Positions 54,153 through 64,000 of a stretch of DNA of 64,000 nt are shown in pieces. The notes under the pieces were generated by a model. That model was not told the DNA's origin. It searched no databases and saw nothing but the letters and a program-made list of their open reading frames with translations. The DNA is from Leptolyngbyaceae cyanobacterium (GTDB taxonomy: Bacteria; Cyanobacteriota; Cyanobacteriia; Phormidesmidales; Phormidesmidaceae), in assembly GCA_965263355.1 (NCBI GenBank), contig CBDHHL010000032.1, positions 3,328,001-3,392,000 of the forward strand, given 5' to 3'. The position numbers were made by a program, and so were the translations under genes. Position 1 is the stretch's first letter. Every line of letters begins with the position of its first letter.

Positions 54153-54911
54153 TTGACCATGGGCTGGATGATCAAGCCTCAAACTATGCATTACAATACT
54201 CTATCTTTATCTATTGCCCTAATGATGGGTAAAGCTAGTTTACTTGCCCTTGGTATTACATTGGGACCGATCCTGGGCTCTAATCTTGTCCTGGCGAACA
54301 ATGGTGAAGAGGCTCTTGAAGCTGTTGACTCCCGCTTTACCTGTGAGATTCAGGATGGTGAGTATACAGTAATGTATCGTCCTAAGAGCGACCCAGGCCA
54401 AGCCTATCCTTGGGCAGTGCCTACAGAAATGGGAGGCGGATGGACCCCTGAACGGCGTTGCGAGACCATCAGTGCCCGCTTAGAAGAGTATCGCCCCGAT
54501 GGTCTTGTAGAACTACGTACTGATATTGAAAACGGCTACAATACTGTTTGTGCAACTACTGAAGAGAATTTAGATGCCTGTCAAATCGTATTTACGGTTC
54601 CCCCTGGACAAGATCCGGTAGCCACTCGTGATGCTGTCTTTTCCAATATTACCTTAGCCGATGCAGGGACAGAGACTAACGCAGTCAATACGTTTATTGG
54701 TGGTAGAAGATTACCAGAAACTGATTTGTCAGGAACCGGGGTTTTCAATGATGAGATTTTTGGTGCTGTCAGTGAAATTTTAGGCAGTCGTTCTGCTCGC
54801 CGCCGCTCTGATGGCATATACCTAAAGCCTTACTTAGATCCTTCAGATGGTGGAACAGGTATATACCTCAATCAATCTAGTCAACCCTTAAACCCTGACA
54901 ATTTTCGTTAA
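54153..54911 (+). CDS. COP23-domain protein (start uncertain)
   Basis: RFTC, MGGGWTPERRCETISARLE, NTVCAT. Confidence 0.8.
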   Translation: MTMGWMIKPQTMHYNTLSLSIALMMGKASLLALGITLGPILGSNLVLANNGEEALEAVDSRFTCEIQDGEYTVMYRPKSDPGQAYPWAVPTEMGGGWTPERRCETISARLEEYRPDGLVELRTDIENGYNTVCATTEENLDACQIVFTVPPGQDPVATRDAVFSNITLADAGTETNAVNTFIGGRRLPETDLSGTGVFNDEIFGAVSEILGSRSARRRSDGIYLKPYLDPSDGGTGIYLNQSSQPLNPDNFR

Positions 54912-54947
54912 GGGCAGCTAGTATTACGTCAAGATTTAATTAGACTC

Positions 54948-55013
54948 TGTCCACGTCCAGAACTAAAGTTTTTCCGTGTAAAAACCTACAAGTTTCAGCT
55001 TGGACGTGGCTTA
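54948..55013 (+). repeat. Dispersed ~65-bp element, copy 6
   Basis: TGTCCACGTCCAGAACTAAAGTTTTTCCGTGTAAAAACCTACAAGTTTCAGCTTGGACGTGGCTTA. Confidence 0.85.
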
Positions 55014-55039
55014 GAGTTTTAATTTTTCGTGCAACCTCC

Positions 55040-56032
55040 TTAGGTGAGTGGCAATAGCTGATCAGACCAAAGCCCCTTAGTTTCTAACCATTCACGACTA
55101 AAGATCTTGGACTGATAGCGGGAGCCACTGTCACACAAGACTGTAACAATCGTGTGACCAGGGCCAATTTGCTTTGCAAGGGCTGCAGCTGCTCCCACAT
55201 TAATACCGACAGAACCGCCCATATAGAGACCGTCTTTGTAGAGAAGCTGATATACCACTCGCAAAGCTTCAAGATCATCGATGCGAATAGCATCATCAGC
55301 AGGAGCACCCGCCATATTACCGGTAACGCGACCGTTACCGATACCTTCAGTAATGGAGTTGCCTTCGGACTTGATTTCCCCCGTTTTGACATAGCTGTAT
55401 AGGCCACTGCCCATGGGATCGGCAACGACACATTTAATATCGGGATTCTTCTCCTTCAGAAACATAGCTGTGCCAGCATAGGTGCCACCGGTACCAGTTG
55501 CTGCAATCCAAGCATTGATTGTGCCATCGGTCTGCTGCCAAATTTCTGGACCAGTGGTTTCGTAGTGTGCTCGACGATTCGCTAGATTTTCAAACTGGTT
55601 AGCCCAAATGGCATTATCCATTTCGTCTGCCAGCCGACCAGATATTTTGACATAGTTGTTAGGATCTCGATAGGGTACAGCTGGTACTGTACGAACCTCT
55701 GCCCCTAATGTGCGCAGTAGATCAATTTTCTCTTTAGACTGGGTTTCCGGAATCACAATGACGCATTTATAGCCTTTAGCGTTACAAATATGCGTTAAGC
55801 CAATCCCCGTATTACCAGCTGTACCTTCAACAACGGTTCCACCAGGCCTAAGTAGTCCCTTTTTTTCAGCATCTTCGATGATAAAGAGGGCTGCCCGGTC
55901 TTTGACAGAGCCACCCGGATTAAGAAATTCAGCTTTACCTAGGATTTCACAGCCAGTTTCGTCCGAGAAGCTATTGAGACGAATCAGCGGGGTGTTGCCA
56001 ACAGTACCAACAAAACCTTGCTTGATATCCAT
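55040..56032 (-). CDS. cysK: Cysteine synthase A
   Basis: GNTPL, KAEFLNPGGSVKDR (PLP lysine), GTAGNTG, GTGGT. Confidence 0.9.
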   Translation of the reverse strand: MDIKQGFVGTVGNTPLIRLNSFSDETGCEILGKAEFLNPGGSVKDRAALFIIEDAEKKGLLRPGGTVVEGTAGNTGIGLTHICNAKGYKCVIVIPETQSKEKIDLLRTLGAEVRTVPAVPYRDPNNYVKISGRLADEMDNAIWANQFENLANRRAHYETTGPEIWQQTDGTINAWIAATGTGGTYAGTAMFLKEKNPDIKCVVADPMGSGLYSYVKTGEIKSEGNSITEGIGNGRVTGNMAGAPADDAIRIDDLEALRVVYQLLYKDGLYMGGSVGINVGAAAALAKQIGPGHTIVTVLCDSGSRYQSKIFSREWLETKGLWSDQLLPLT

Positions 56033-56333
56033 AAAAGCCTTCATGCCGTAAACATTGAGTAAGCAGTCTTTTTATCCTAATGGGGAATGGTGCATGGAGA
56101 ACGGTAGACCGGAATAAAAAGAAACGTAAAGGACAGGGTTTGCTACCCATAGGCCAGCCAACTGTGTATTAAGGCTTCCAGGCTTACATCGGCAAAGCAT
56201 GCAACGTTAGCGACGGCATACTCCCATCTCAGCCCACACCTTAAGTGTCCGTTATAAAAAACAACCATTTCAGATGTAAATAGCCTAGTTGGAATTCGGG
56301 CAATCTAAACCCGTGAACACTGTGTAGGATAAT

Positions 56334-57671
56334 TTGATGGTTCAAAGCGGAGCGACCTTTGAAACAGTAGCCAATAGTCATCAGCTATGGATTACACTGT
56401 TTAACCATTTAAATACCGCTGTTCATCTCAAAAGCCTCAACGGCCAATGGATTTATGCCAATGAGGCCAGCCATCGCCTATGGGGACACGGTCCCATTAG
56501 AGACCCTAAAACCAATCACCCCAAAACCGACCGGGAACTATTACCCTTAGCTCAAGTAGCAGACTTTGCCCAAGCAGACGCTAAGATTATCCATCACTCA
56601 AACTGCTACGAATTCACAACCCAGTACTCCAAAGAATCCAGAAGCATCGTTGTTCGCAAATCTCTTATCTCCTTGATCAAAGGCAGTCAGTTGATTTTGA
56701 CAGAATGCCAGGATGTCACAGATTGCTACAACCAACCAACAGTAATCAGTATCGATGCCCTGGAAGATGCCCTACAAGAGCTACAACAGACCCAACTACA
56801 GCTAGTACAGAATGAAAAGATGTCCAGTCTAGGACAGCTGATGGCTGGCGTTGCCCATGAAATCAATAATCCAGTCAATTTTATTTATGGCAATATTCGC
56901 CATGCCCAATCTTACACGGAAGAATTGATCGAACTAGTTGGAGCTTATCGGACTGCTTACACCCAGCCTATCGAACATGTGCAGACACTACTAGATGACA
57001 TGGACTTTGACTTTCTCTCTGCCGATCTGCCTAAGGTACTAACCTCGATGCAAGTAGGAGCCGAGCGCATTCGAGCCATTGTGTCATCATTACGCACATT
57101 CTCACACATGGACGAGGCAGACATGAAAACTGTTAATCTCCATGATGGTATTAACAGCACCTTGATGATTTTAGAGCATCGATTTAAAGCAAAAAACCAT
57201 CGTCCGGCCATTATGATTCAAAAACGCTATGGCAATTTACCAACGGTCGAATGTTATGCAGGCCAGCTCAATCAAGTCTTTATGAACCTTTTGGTCAATG
57301 CCATCGACGCACTTGAAGAGGCAATTGAAACAAATTCAGCAGTCGCTCCATTGCAAATCACAATTTCTACTCGGTTAGAACAACAACATGCTGTTGTTAC
57401 CATTCACAATGGTGGTCCTGGCATCCCAGATCAGATCCAGTCTCGGCTATTCGATCCGTTCTTTACCACTAAGCCTGTCGGTAAAGGTACTGGCATGGGA
57501 CTATCCATTAGTTACCAGATTATTAATGAACGACACCATGGCCAATTAATCTGTGAATCGAGCGACGACACGGGGACAACATTTACAATTTCGATTCCCG
57601 TCAAACAGGGGCTTAGTCCCGATTCACTCCTTAAAAAACAAAACAAGGATGCCCTTATAGGACACCCTTAA
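56334..57671 (+). CDS. PAS-domain sensor histidine kinase
   Basis: EKMSSLGQLMAGVAHEINNP H-box; N, G1, F and G2 boxes. Confidence 0.92.
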   Translation: MMVQSGATFETVANSHQLWITLFNHLNTAVHLKSLNGQWIYANEASHRLWGHGPIRDPKTNHPKTDRELLPLAQVADFAQADAKIIHHSNCYEFTTQYSKESRSIVVRKSLISLIKGSQLILTECQDVTDCYNQPTVISIDALEDALQELQQTQLQLVQNEKMSSLGQLMAGVAHEINNPVNFIYGNIRHAQSYTEELIELVGAYRTAYTQPIEHVQTLLDDMDFDFLSADLPKVLTSMQVGAERIRAIVSSLRTFSHMDEADMKTVNLHDGINSTLMILEHRFKAKNHRPAIMIQKRYGNLPTVECYAGQLNQVFMNLLVNAIDALEEAIETNSAVAPLQITISTRLEQQHAVVTIHNGGPGIPDQIQSRLFDPFFTTKPVGKGTGMGLSISYQIINERHHGQLICESSDDTGTTFTISIPVKQGLSPDSLLKKQNKDALIGHP

Positions 57672-57716
57672 TGGTTCCAGTAAAGTGGAAATATATCGTT
57701 CAGATGGAGGCTTAGG

Positions 57717-58358
57717 CTATTTGTTAGGCTGAGGAGTCATACGCAAATAGGGCTTGACCTCCGTAACGCCCTTAGGAAACTGCTGCTTAGCATCTTCAGT
57801 GGAGATTGAAGGTACCACAACACAGTCACCGCCATCTTGCCAGTTAGCAGGAGTAGCTACCTTATGATAGTCAGTCAACTGCAGAGAGTCGATAACGCGC
57901 AAAATCTCATCAAAGTTACGACCAGTACTGGCGGGATACGTAATGGTAAGACGCAGCTTCTTATTGGGATCGATTACAAATACAGACCGTACAGTCAAGG
58001 TATTACCAGTACTGGAGTTAGGGTGAATCATCCCATACAACTCAGACACCTGCTTATCTTCGTCAGCCAAAATGGGGTAATCAACAGTGGTCCCTTGGGT
58101 TTCGTTAATATCACCAATCCAGCCATTGTGAGAATCAACACCATCAACACTTAGAGCAATGGTCTTGACATTGCGTTTGTCAAACTCAGCCCGATACTTA
58201 GCCACGGTACCCAACTCAGTAGTGCAAACGGGGGTGTAGTCAGCGGGATGTGAGAAAAGCACGATCCAGCTATCACCAGCCCACTCATAAAAGTTGATAT
58301 CTCCAGCTGAAGATTTCTGGGTAAAATCTGGGACCTGATCGCCTAGTTGAAGAGCCAT
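57717..58358 (-). CDS. 1-Cys peroxiredoxin (Prx6)
   Basis: FSHPADYTPVCTTE, YPASTGRNFDEILR, ATPANW. Confidence 0.95.
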   Translation of the reverse strand: MALQLGDQVPDFTQKSSAGDINFYEWAGDSWIVLFSHPADYTPVCTTELGTVAKYRAEFDKRNVKTIALSVDGVDSHNGWIGDINETQGTTVDYPILADEDKQVSELYGMIHPNSSTGNTLTVRSVFVIDPNKKLRLTITYPASTGRNFDEILRVIDSLQLTDYHKVATPANWQDGGDCVVVPSISTEDAKQQFPKGVTEVKPYLRMTPQPNK

Positions 58359-58743
58359 AACCAAATTTCCTAATGTTTCCTTGAAATCAAATGCCTGCAG
58401 TGATGCCCTGACGATGGACAAACCTAGCAAAGCATATTACAAACCCCGGTATTCCGGTCGGAGTTTAGATGATTCCTAATCATCCTATCGTGAAAGAACT
58501 CAAATGGTATCAATTGCTGCAGTTGTCTACGCAAAATTCTGATTTTTTTACCTTGCCGGACCCAGCGGTAGCGCTTTAGATCTCGAAACACCAGGGTAAC
58601 AGCCCCATGGAGAGTCCCAACCGCGATAACCTGAGAATGTCAAGAATTGGTGTAAACTCACGTTCATAACTTTGGTCACTGTCCACTGCCCATTGCCCCC
58701 GATACCCATTAAGCTTAGGAACTGTAGCATCAAAGGAAAATCC

Positions 58744-59442
58744 ATGGCAGAGACAGCGAAACGAGTCCTGTTGGTAGATGATGAACCTGGCTTACGCGAG
58801 GCGGTTCAAGCCTATTTAGAAGATAGTGACTTTCAGGTGCGGACAGCTAGCAATGCCACCGAAGGCATGGAGTTATTGCAGAAGGAAACGCCAGATGTGC
58901 TGATTTCAGACATCATGATGCCTGAAGTGGATGGCTATACATTTTTGAAACAGGTGCGAGAAGACCCTCGCTACAAGTCACTACCAGTTATTTTTTTGAC
59001 GGCTCGTGGGATGACAAGCGATCGCATCCAAGGCTACAACGCCGGTTGTGATGCCTACCTTTCCAAACCCTTTGATCCAGAAGAGCTGGTAGCGATGGTC
59101 AGCAATCTAATTGAACGGCAGGCTGCACGTACTCCAGAAGCTGGAACCATACCCGATATTGCCGCCATGGCCCGGCAGATCGAAGAAATCAAGGCTTTAC
59201 TCACGCAACGAGGAACGATCCCCCAGAAAACTTCACCGATTCGCATTGATCTGACCCCCCGCGAGCAGGATGTGCTGAATCTGGTAGCCGAAGGCTTAAT
59301 GAATAAGGAAATTGCTAGCCGGTTGGGCACAACGGTACGCAATGTGGAGAAATATGTCAGTCGATTATTTGGCAAGACCGGCACCAATAGCCGGACAGAA
59401 TTAGTCAGATTTGCCCTAGAACATGGATTGGTAACCACTTAG
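58744..59442 (+). CDS. rre1: NarL-family response regulator Rre1/Ycf29
   Basis: LLVDDEPG, SDIMMP, LTARGMTSDRIQGY, VRNVEKYVSRLF.KTGTNSRTELVRFAL. Confidence 0.85.
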   Translation: MAETAKRVLLVDDEPGLREAVQAYLEDSDFQVRTASNATEGMELLQKETPDVLISDIMMPEVDGYTFLKQVREDPRYKSLPVIFLTARGMTSDRIQGYNAGCDAYLSKPFDPEELVAMVSNLIERQAARTPEAGTIPDIAAMARQIEEIKALLTQRGTIPQKTSPIRIDLTPREQDVLNLVAEGLMNKEIASRLGTTVRNVEKYVSRLFGKTGTNSRTELVRFALEHGLVTT

Positions 59443-59861
59443 TCAAATAAGTCTAACGGAAACGGGCCATAGGTGCCATTCACAAGCTCATACTTGGGAT
59501 CGCTGGCATGGAATGAAACGAGTACGCCACGATTAGGGCCAACGTAATCGTCTAGGTACCAGGCTCCTTTGAGCGTATTAAATTTCAGGTATACTGCCCC
59601 TTCGCGCTTAGGTAATTCCAGGTTAATGGGGCGGCATAAACGCTTTACATAGGCCTCGGTCGCAGCTTTTCCGGCTGCCAGGGTATCTGTACAAATACCC
59701 AGGGTCTCGTAATCAGCTAGATCACTAAACCACAGCAAAGCATCAATTAAATGACGTTTTTGAGTTTTAGATAATTGAGGGGGCGTTGCCAAACAGCTAA
59801 ACTGTGCCAACTGCTGGCGAATTTTCTTGATATTGGCAGGTGACGGCGTAAGGTCTAGCAT
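59439..59861 (-). CDS. DUF1824-family protein
   Basis: LGICTD, VYLKFNT, YVGPNRGVLVS, GPFPLDLF. Confidence 0.8.
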   Translation of the reverse strand: MLDLTPSPANIKKIRQQLAQFSCLATPPQLSKTQKRHLIDALLWFSDLADYETLGICTDTLAAGKAATEAYVKRLCRPINLELPKREGAVYLKFNTLKGAWYLDDYVGPNRGVLVSFHASDPKYELVNGTYGPFPLDLFD

Positions 59862-60066
59862 AGCGTTTGCATACTATTGGGTTCGCTATGATTTTGTGCT
59901 GATCGAGGTCGCTATTAGGCGTGTGGATGGGCTCACTAAATCATGCTGCCCTTTATCTTAATCTCCATCCAGAGCAATCATTTGTTTTTAGAGCCAACTA
60001 CAGTTTGGCCCTTGGATAGAGTCTGAGACAAAAGTGCGGCGATCATTATGCCATTGAGCCAAGCCT

Positions 60067-60840
60067 ATGACACTTACCTGCGATCGCAGCCAAGAGCAGG
60101 GTGCTAATCGTTACAGCCTAAGGGTTAAGGATATGCCCACGGAGCAGCGACCCCGTGAACGATTAATGACCTATGGTGCTAAAAATCTAACCTCGGCTGA
60201 GCTGCTAGCCATTTTATTGGGTACAGGCGTCAGTCGTGGTCATAAGCTATCCGCAGTTAATCTAGGTCAGTATATTCTCAATGAATTGGCTCAAGAGGGT
60301 GTATCGGCCCTGGATGCGTTACGTAACGTAACACTTTCAGAACTCATGCAAATACCAGGGATTGGAGAAGCTAAGGCAGCGACTATCCTGGCAGCCCTAG
60401 AATTGGGTAAACGGGTGTTAAGAAATCGTCCTGCTGACCGTACCCTGGTAGACGATCCCGCCATTGCTGCTGAGGCCCTGAGCCAAGATTTAATGTGGCA
60501 ATCCCAGGAGAGATTTGCGATCGTATTGCTCGACGTCAAACATCGGCTACTAGGTACAAAAATTATTTCTCTTGGTACTGCTACAGAAACCCTAGCTCAC
60601 CCGAGAGAGATTTTCCGGGAAGTGATTAAACAAGGAGCTACGAGGGTAATTGTGGCCCATAATCATCCTTCTGGCATCCTTGATCCCAGCGATGCTGACT
60701 TAGACCTCACACGACAGCTTCTGGAAGGGGCCAATATCCTGGGAATTCCCCTTTTAGACCATCTAATTTTAGGCAACGGAGATTTTGTCAGCTTACGCCA
60801 GACAACTACTTTGTGGAATCACCAAGATGACCCAACATAA
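60067..60840 (+). CDS. radC: RadC-family JAB domain protein
   Basis: [16 protein letters not shown], Hh[26 protein letters not shown]. Confidence 0.95.
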   Translation: MTLTCDRSQEQGANRYSLRVKDMPTEQRPRERLMTYGAKNLTSAELLAILLGTGVSRGHKLSAVNLGQYILNELAQEGVSALDALRNVTLSELMQIPGIGEAKAATILAALELGKRVLRNRPADRTLVDDPAIAAEALSQDLMWQSQERFAIVLLDVKHRLLGTKIISLGTATETLAHPREIFREVIKQGATRVIVAHNHPSGILDPSDADLDLTRQLLEGANILGIPLLDHLILGNGDFVSLRQTTTLWNHQDDPT

Positions 60841-60972
60841 ATCATCAAACCTGAAAAAATTACTCTAAATCTCTTAGAGAGAAGCAAGTAAGCAGAACTA
60901 AACAAATATTTATAAACAATTACCTAAGTGTGTCATGCAATACGTTGCTTCACATTCAGTGATAGATTTGAA

Positions 60973-61000
60973 TTTATCTGACACACTTTATCTGACACAC
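60973..61000. repeat. Perfect 14-bp tandem duplication
   Basis: TTTATCTGACACAC x2. Confidence 0.85.
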
Positions 61001-61037
61001 ATAGGCGATCAGTCATAAGATTCAACCTAAGTAAGCA

Positions 61038-61470
61038 ATGGACGCTAGCTTAACCTTTGGTACTGCTTTGCACCAACCTGTCTTAATAGACCTGACAACT
61101 GCACTGCTTAAGTCAGATTTCAAAATTGCCCATAGGATAGGGGGTTGAGGTGGGGATTTTTTAACTTTGATTGCAACTGCATTAATCACTGCTATTACTC
61201 CAATTTATTCTTTCTTCATTTTGCGGTTAGAGCCGAATCGCTACAATGCTGCAGCGACTGCTGCAGACAATGGTTCTATCAGTACGGTAACGTTTGTAAC
61301 GGTTAGCGCCGTTCTCTCTCAGGTAAATGTTGACGTTGGGAAACCCATAGTGACTGTCCTGGCAATGGCAGGAGCGCCAGCTATTATCCTAGGCCTTTTA
61401 TTAGTGAGTTTATTTTCTAACCAACATGCCGGGAAGAATGCACAAGACAAACTAACATCACCATCTCATC
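61038..61470 (+). pseudogene. sbtA: Eroded SbtA-family Na+-dependent bicarbonate permease
   Basis: One frame: MDASLTFGTALHQPVL..KSDFKI..*(TGA 61146)..PIYSFFILRL..YNAAATAADNGSISTVTF..LAMAGAPAIILGLLL, matching degenerate SbtA motifs KSDLEIP, AAAIAATYGSISAVTF, LALMESPAII; 3' half absent. Confidence 0.7.
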
Positions 61471-61524
61471 GCCATTCTTATTTACTTTTAGTTCTGTCAA
61501 AACGTTTGGGATTAGATATCGATC

Positions 61525-63216
61525 ATGACATTCTCTCCATCTGTCCTATTACCTAATTTCAAGTTCAATAACCTACGGGGAGACTTATTTGGTGGTGTCA
61601 CAGCAGCTATTGTTGCCTTACCTCTAGCTCTAGCATTTGGGGTTGCCTCTGGAGTAAGCCCCATTGCTGGACTGTATGGAGCTATGTTTGTTGGCTTTTT
61701 AGCAGCCTTGTTTGGGGGCACCCCGTCTCAAGTATCAGGGCCCACAGGCCCCATGACAGTCGTCATGGCATCTACCTTTGCCGCCCTGACGGCCAAGTAT
61801 CCAGAAACAGGACTGGCCATGGCCTTTACGGTAGTCATGCTGGGTGGGTTGTTCCAAATCCTCATGGGTGTCTTACGACTGGGTAAGTACATCACCCTGA
61901 TGCCCTACACCGTCATTTCTGGCTTTATGTCTGGCGTAGGGGTGATTATCATTCTGATTCAAGTTGGTCCTTTGCTCGGCCATGTGGGGAAAGGCGGCGT
62001 GGTTGAGTCGCTTCTTCTATACCCTACATTTTTTAGTGATATCAATTTTGTTGCTGCTGGCCTGGGCTTGCTGACTCTCCTCATCGTATTCGCAGCTCCG
62101 CCAAAGCTCAATCGCATTTTACCCGCACCTTTAATTGCCCTGGTTCTATGTACGTATATATCGGTTGTCTGGGTTAAATACTTTCCTCAGTTGGATGTTC
62201 CTCGGATTGGGGATATTCCCTCTGGCTTACCGAGTCCTCACCTACCCTACTTCAGCTGGGGTGCCCTCAAGGATATGCTGGGATACAGCCTGATTTTGGC
62301 AATGTTAGGGGCATTGGATTCACTGTTGACATCCTTAGTTGCCGATAGTATTACTCGTACTCAGCACAATTCCGACCGTGAATTGATTGGTCAAGGCATT
62401 GGGAATTTCATCGCTGGCTTGTTTGGTGGTTTACCAGGGGCCGGAGCCACTATGCGTACTGTGATAAATGTACAAACTGGTGGTAAGACCAATCTTTCTG
62501 GCATGATTCATGCACTGGTACTAGCGGTGATTGTACTCAAGGCCAGCTACCTAACAGAACCTATTCCCCATGCAGTCTTGGCAGGGATTTTAATTAAGGT
62601 CGGTATTGATATTATTGATTGGGGATTTTTGAAGCGCGCCCATCGTCTATCAACGAAGGGGGCCGGATTAATGTACTTGGTAGTGGCATTAACCGTCTTT
62701 GTAGATCTGATCACCGCCGTTGCCGTTGGAGTGTTTTTGGCTAATCTACTGACTATTCAGGCCATTACCGATATCCAAGTCAAAGATATGCGGGCTGTAA
62801 CCCATGGCGACGATGAAAACTGGCTAACTCCCGAAGAACGTTCCTTGCTCAAAGCCGCTAAGGGAAGAATTTTAATGTTCCACTTGAGTGGCCCAATGAG
62901 TTTTGGGGCAGCCAAGTCCATTTCTCGACGGATGGCGATTGTTGAAAATTATGAAATCCTGATTTTAGATCTGACAACTGTCCCCAGATTAGGAGTAACC
63001 GCCCTATTAGCTATTGAGACGATGATTAAAGATGCTCTGGCTAAGCGGCGAGAGGTATTTTTGGTCGGAGCCCAAGGCCAAGTAAAAATAAGACTCCAAA
63101 AGTTAGAAATTTTGCAAACGCTCCCTCCTAACCATCAGGTACCTGAACGCATCATTGCTCTGGAACGATCTATGGCTCTGATTCGCAGTCATGTCTCACC
63201 TGCAGAGGTGCAATGA
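61525..63216 (+). CDS. bicA: SulP-family bicarbonate transporter BicA
   Basis: LRGDLFGGVTAAIVALPLALAFG, GPTGPMTVV, GAGATMRT, STAS domain GPMSFGAA. Confidence 0.85.
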   Translation: MTFSPSVLLPNFKFNNLRGDLFGGVTAAIVALPLALAFGVASGVSPIAGLYGAMFVGFLAALFGGTPSQVSGPTGPMTVVMASTFAALTAKYPETGLAMAFTVVMLGGLFQILMGVLRLGKYITLMPYTVISGFMSGVGVIIILIQVGPLLGHVGKGGVVESLLLYPTFFSDINFVAAGLGLLTLLIVFAAPPKLNRILPAPLIALVLCTYISVVWVKYFPQLDVPRIGDIPSGLPSPHLPYFSWGALKDMLGYSLILAMLGALDSLLTSLVADSITRTQHNSDRELIGQGIGNFIAGLFGGLPGAGATMRTVINVQTGGKTNLSGMIHALVLAVIVLKASYLTEPIPHAVLAGILIKVGIDIIDWGFLKRAHRLSTKGAGLMYLVVALTVFVDLITAVAVGVFLANLLTIQAITDIQVKDMRAVTHGDDENWLTPEERSLLKAAKGRILMFHLSGPMSFGAAKSISRRMAIVENYEILILDLTTVPRLGVTALLAIETMIKDALAKRREVFLVGAQGQVKIRLQKLEILQTLPPNHQVPERIIALERSMALIRSHVSPAEVQ

Positions 63217-63242
63217 GTCACGACACAACTCCAGTGGACTAC

Positions 63243-63307
63243 TAAACCATGTCCAAGCTGAAATCTGGAGTTTCCTGTACAGCAACACTACAGTTCTGGA
63301 CGTGGGC
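63243..63307 (-). repeat. Dispersed ~65-bp element, copy 7
   Basis: TAAACCATGTCCAAGCTGAAA...CAGTTCTGGACGTGGGC. Confidence 0.75.
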
Positions 63308-63528
63308 GAAGTTTAAATAAATTTGGCCATAACGTTGCGGCCAGTGTTAGGGATGGCACACTAGTCTATTCATCTCGTGCATGATTTTGATGCAGGTTAC
63401 TCATGCTCAGGCTCTGATCTCTACGCCAGAGTCGGAATTTTAGATAACTATAGATGTGTGTATCTATGTTTTCTAAGTCCTCAGGGTGAGCTTTTTTGTG
63501 GTGACTGTTGGTTAGAGAACCTGCGCTA

Positions 63529-64000
63529 ATGTACAGCCCGAAGCAAACGTTAATTGATACGTTTATTGACTATATTCAAGCCACCTATCAGACCGTTTTT
63601 GGTGCTCAGCGATCCAGCTACGAGGCTTTGCTAGGGGAGATCGCTGGTAAAGCACTACAAACTATTGCTAAAAGCGATGCACTTTATCATGACCTGGAGC
63701 ACACTATTTTAGTGACTTCGGTAGGACAGGAAATTTTGCAAGCCAAGCGTGTTTGTGACGGTACCACTAGCGTGACATCAAAGGATTGGGTGCACTTTAT
63801 AACAGCCCTTCTCTGCCATGATATTGGCTACTGTAAAGGGATATGTCGTCAGGATGACTGTAAACTGGGTCATCATTCCACTGGTGTTGGTGAGGAGTTT
63901 ATTTTTTTGCCATTTGGAGCAACGGATGCAGCCTTAAGCCAATACCATGTAGATCGCAGTCAGCGGTTTGTACAAGAACAGTTTGAGCATGAGCCCTTGA
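63529..64000 (+). CDS. Npun_R2479-like HD-domain metalloprotein (runs off window edge)
   Basis: Manual translation: MYSPKQTLID..SDALYHDLEHTILVTSVGQEIL..TALLCHDIGY. Confidence 0.85.
   Translation, partial: MYSPKQTLIDTFIDYIQATYQTVFGAQRSSYEALLGEIAGKALQTIAKSDALYHDLEHTILVTSVGQEILQAKRVCDGTTSVTSKDWVHFITALLCHDIGYCKGICRQDDCKLGHHSTGVGEEFIFLPFGATDAALSQYHVDRSQRFVQEQFEHEPL

Noticed and set aside
58545..58705. Possible 6S/SRP-type RNA or 65-aa ORF between prx and rre1
   Set aside because: I could not match the hallmark motifs of 6S, SRP, tmRNA or RNase P; likely divergent promoter/UTR sequence
60067..60840. radC as a mobile or anti-defence JAB gene
   Set aside because: Full-length chromosomal type with HhH domain in a housekeeping context
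29431..63307. CRISPR interpretation of the GTTTCAAC/GTTGAAAG-containing repeats
   Set aside because: Copies are kilobases apart, in both orientations, with no spacers or cas genes

Overview
This is a chromosomal window from a cyanobacterium, probably a Leptolyngbya/Leptothoe-like filamentous lineage (inferred from psb34/psb35, chlI, pucC, ftrV, bicA and frequent HIP1 GCGATCGC octamers). Positions ~17.5-64 kb are mostly housekeeping genes (pyrG, aspS, purA, rplY, purS/Q, zur, map, argG, ruvC, chlI, msrP, cysK, rre1, radC, bicA). Positions ~2-17.4 kb are accessory and hold most of the signal: an orphan 678-aa protein with GT-A-like motifs; four tandem RTX/bluetail paralogs sharing a conserved distant promoter; a PsrR1-like sRNA candidate directly followed by an internally deleted DUF6399 IS; an integrase-less cluster of attC-like gene cassettes including a RipA-like membrane protein; and a secreted four-repeat micro-protein between two sRNA-like hairpin modules. 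Across the window there are seven copies of a ~65-bp palindromic intergenic element, and an eroded sbtA pseudogene sits directly upstream of an intact bicA. No tRNA, rRNA or CRISPR array was seen. All family assignments are from recalled motifs, not database searches.
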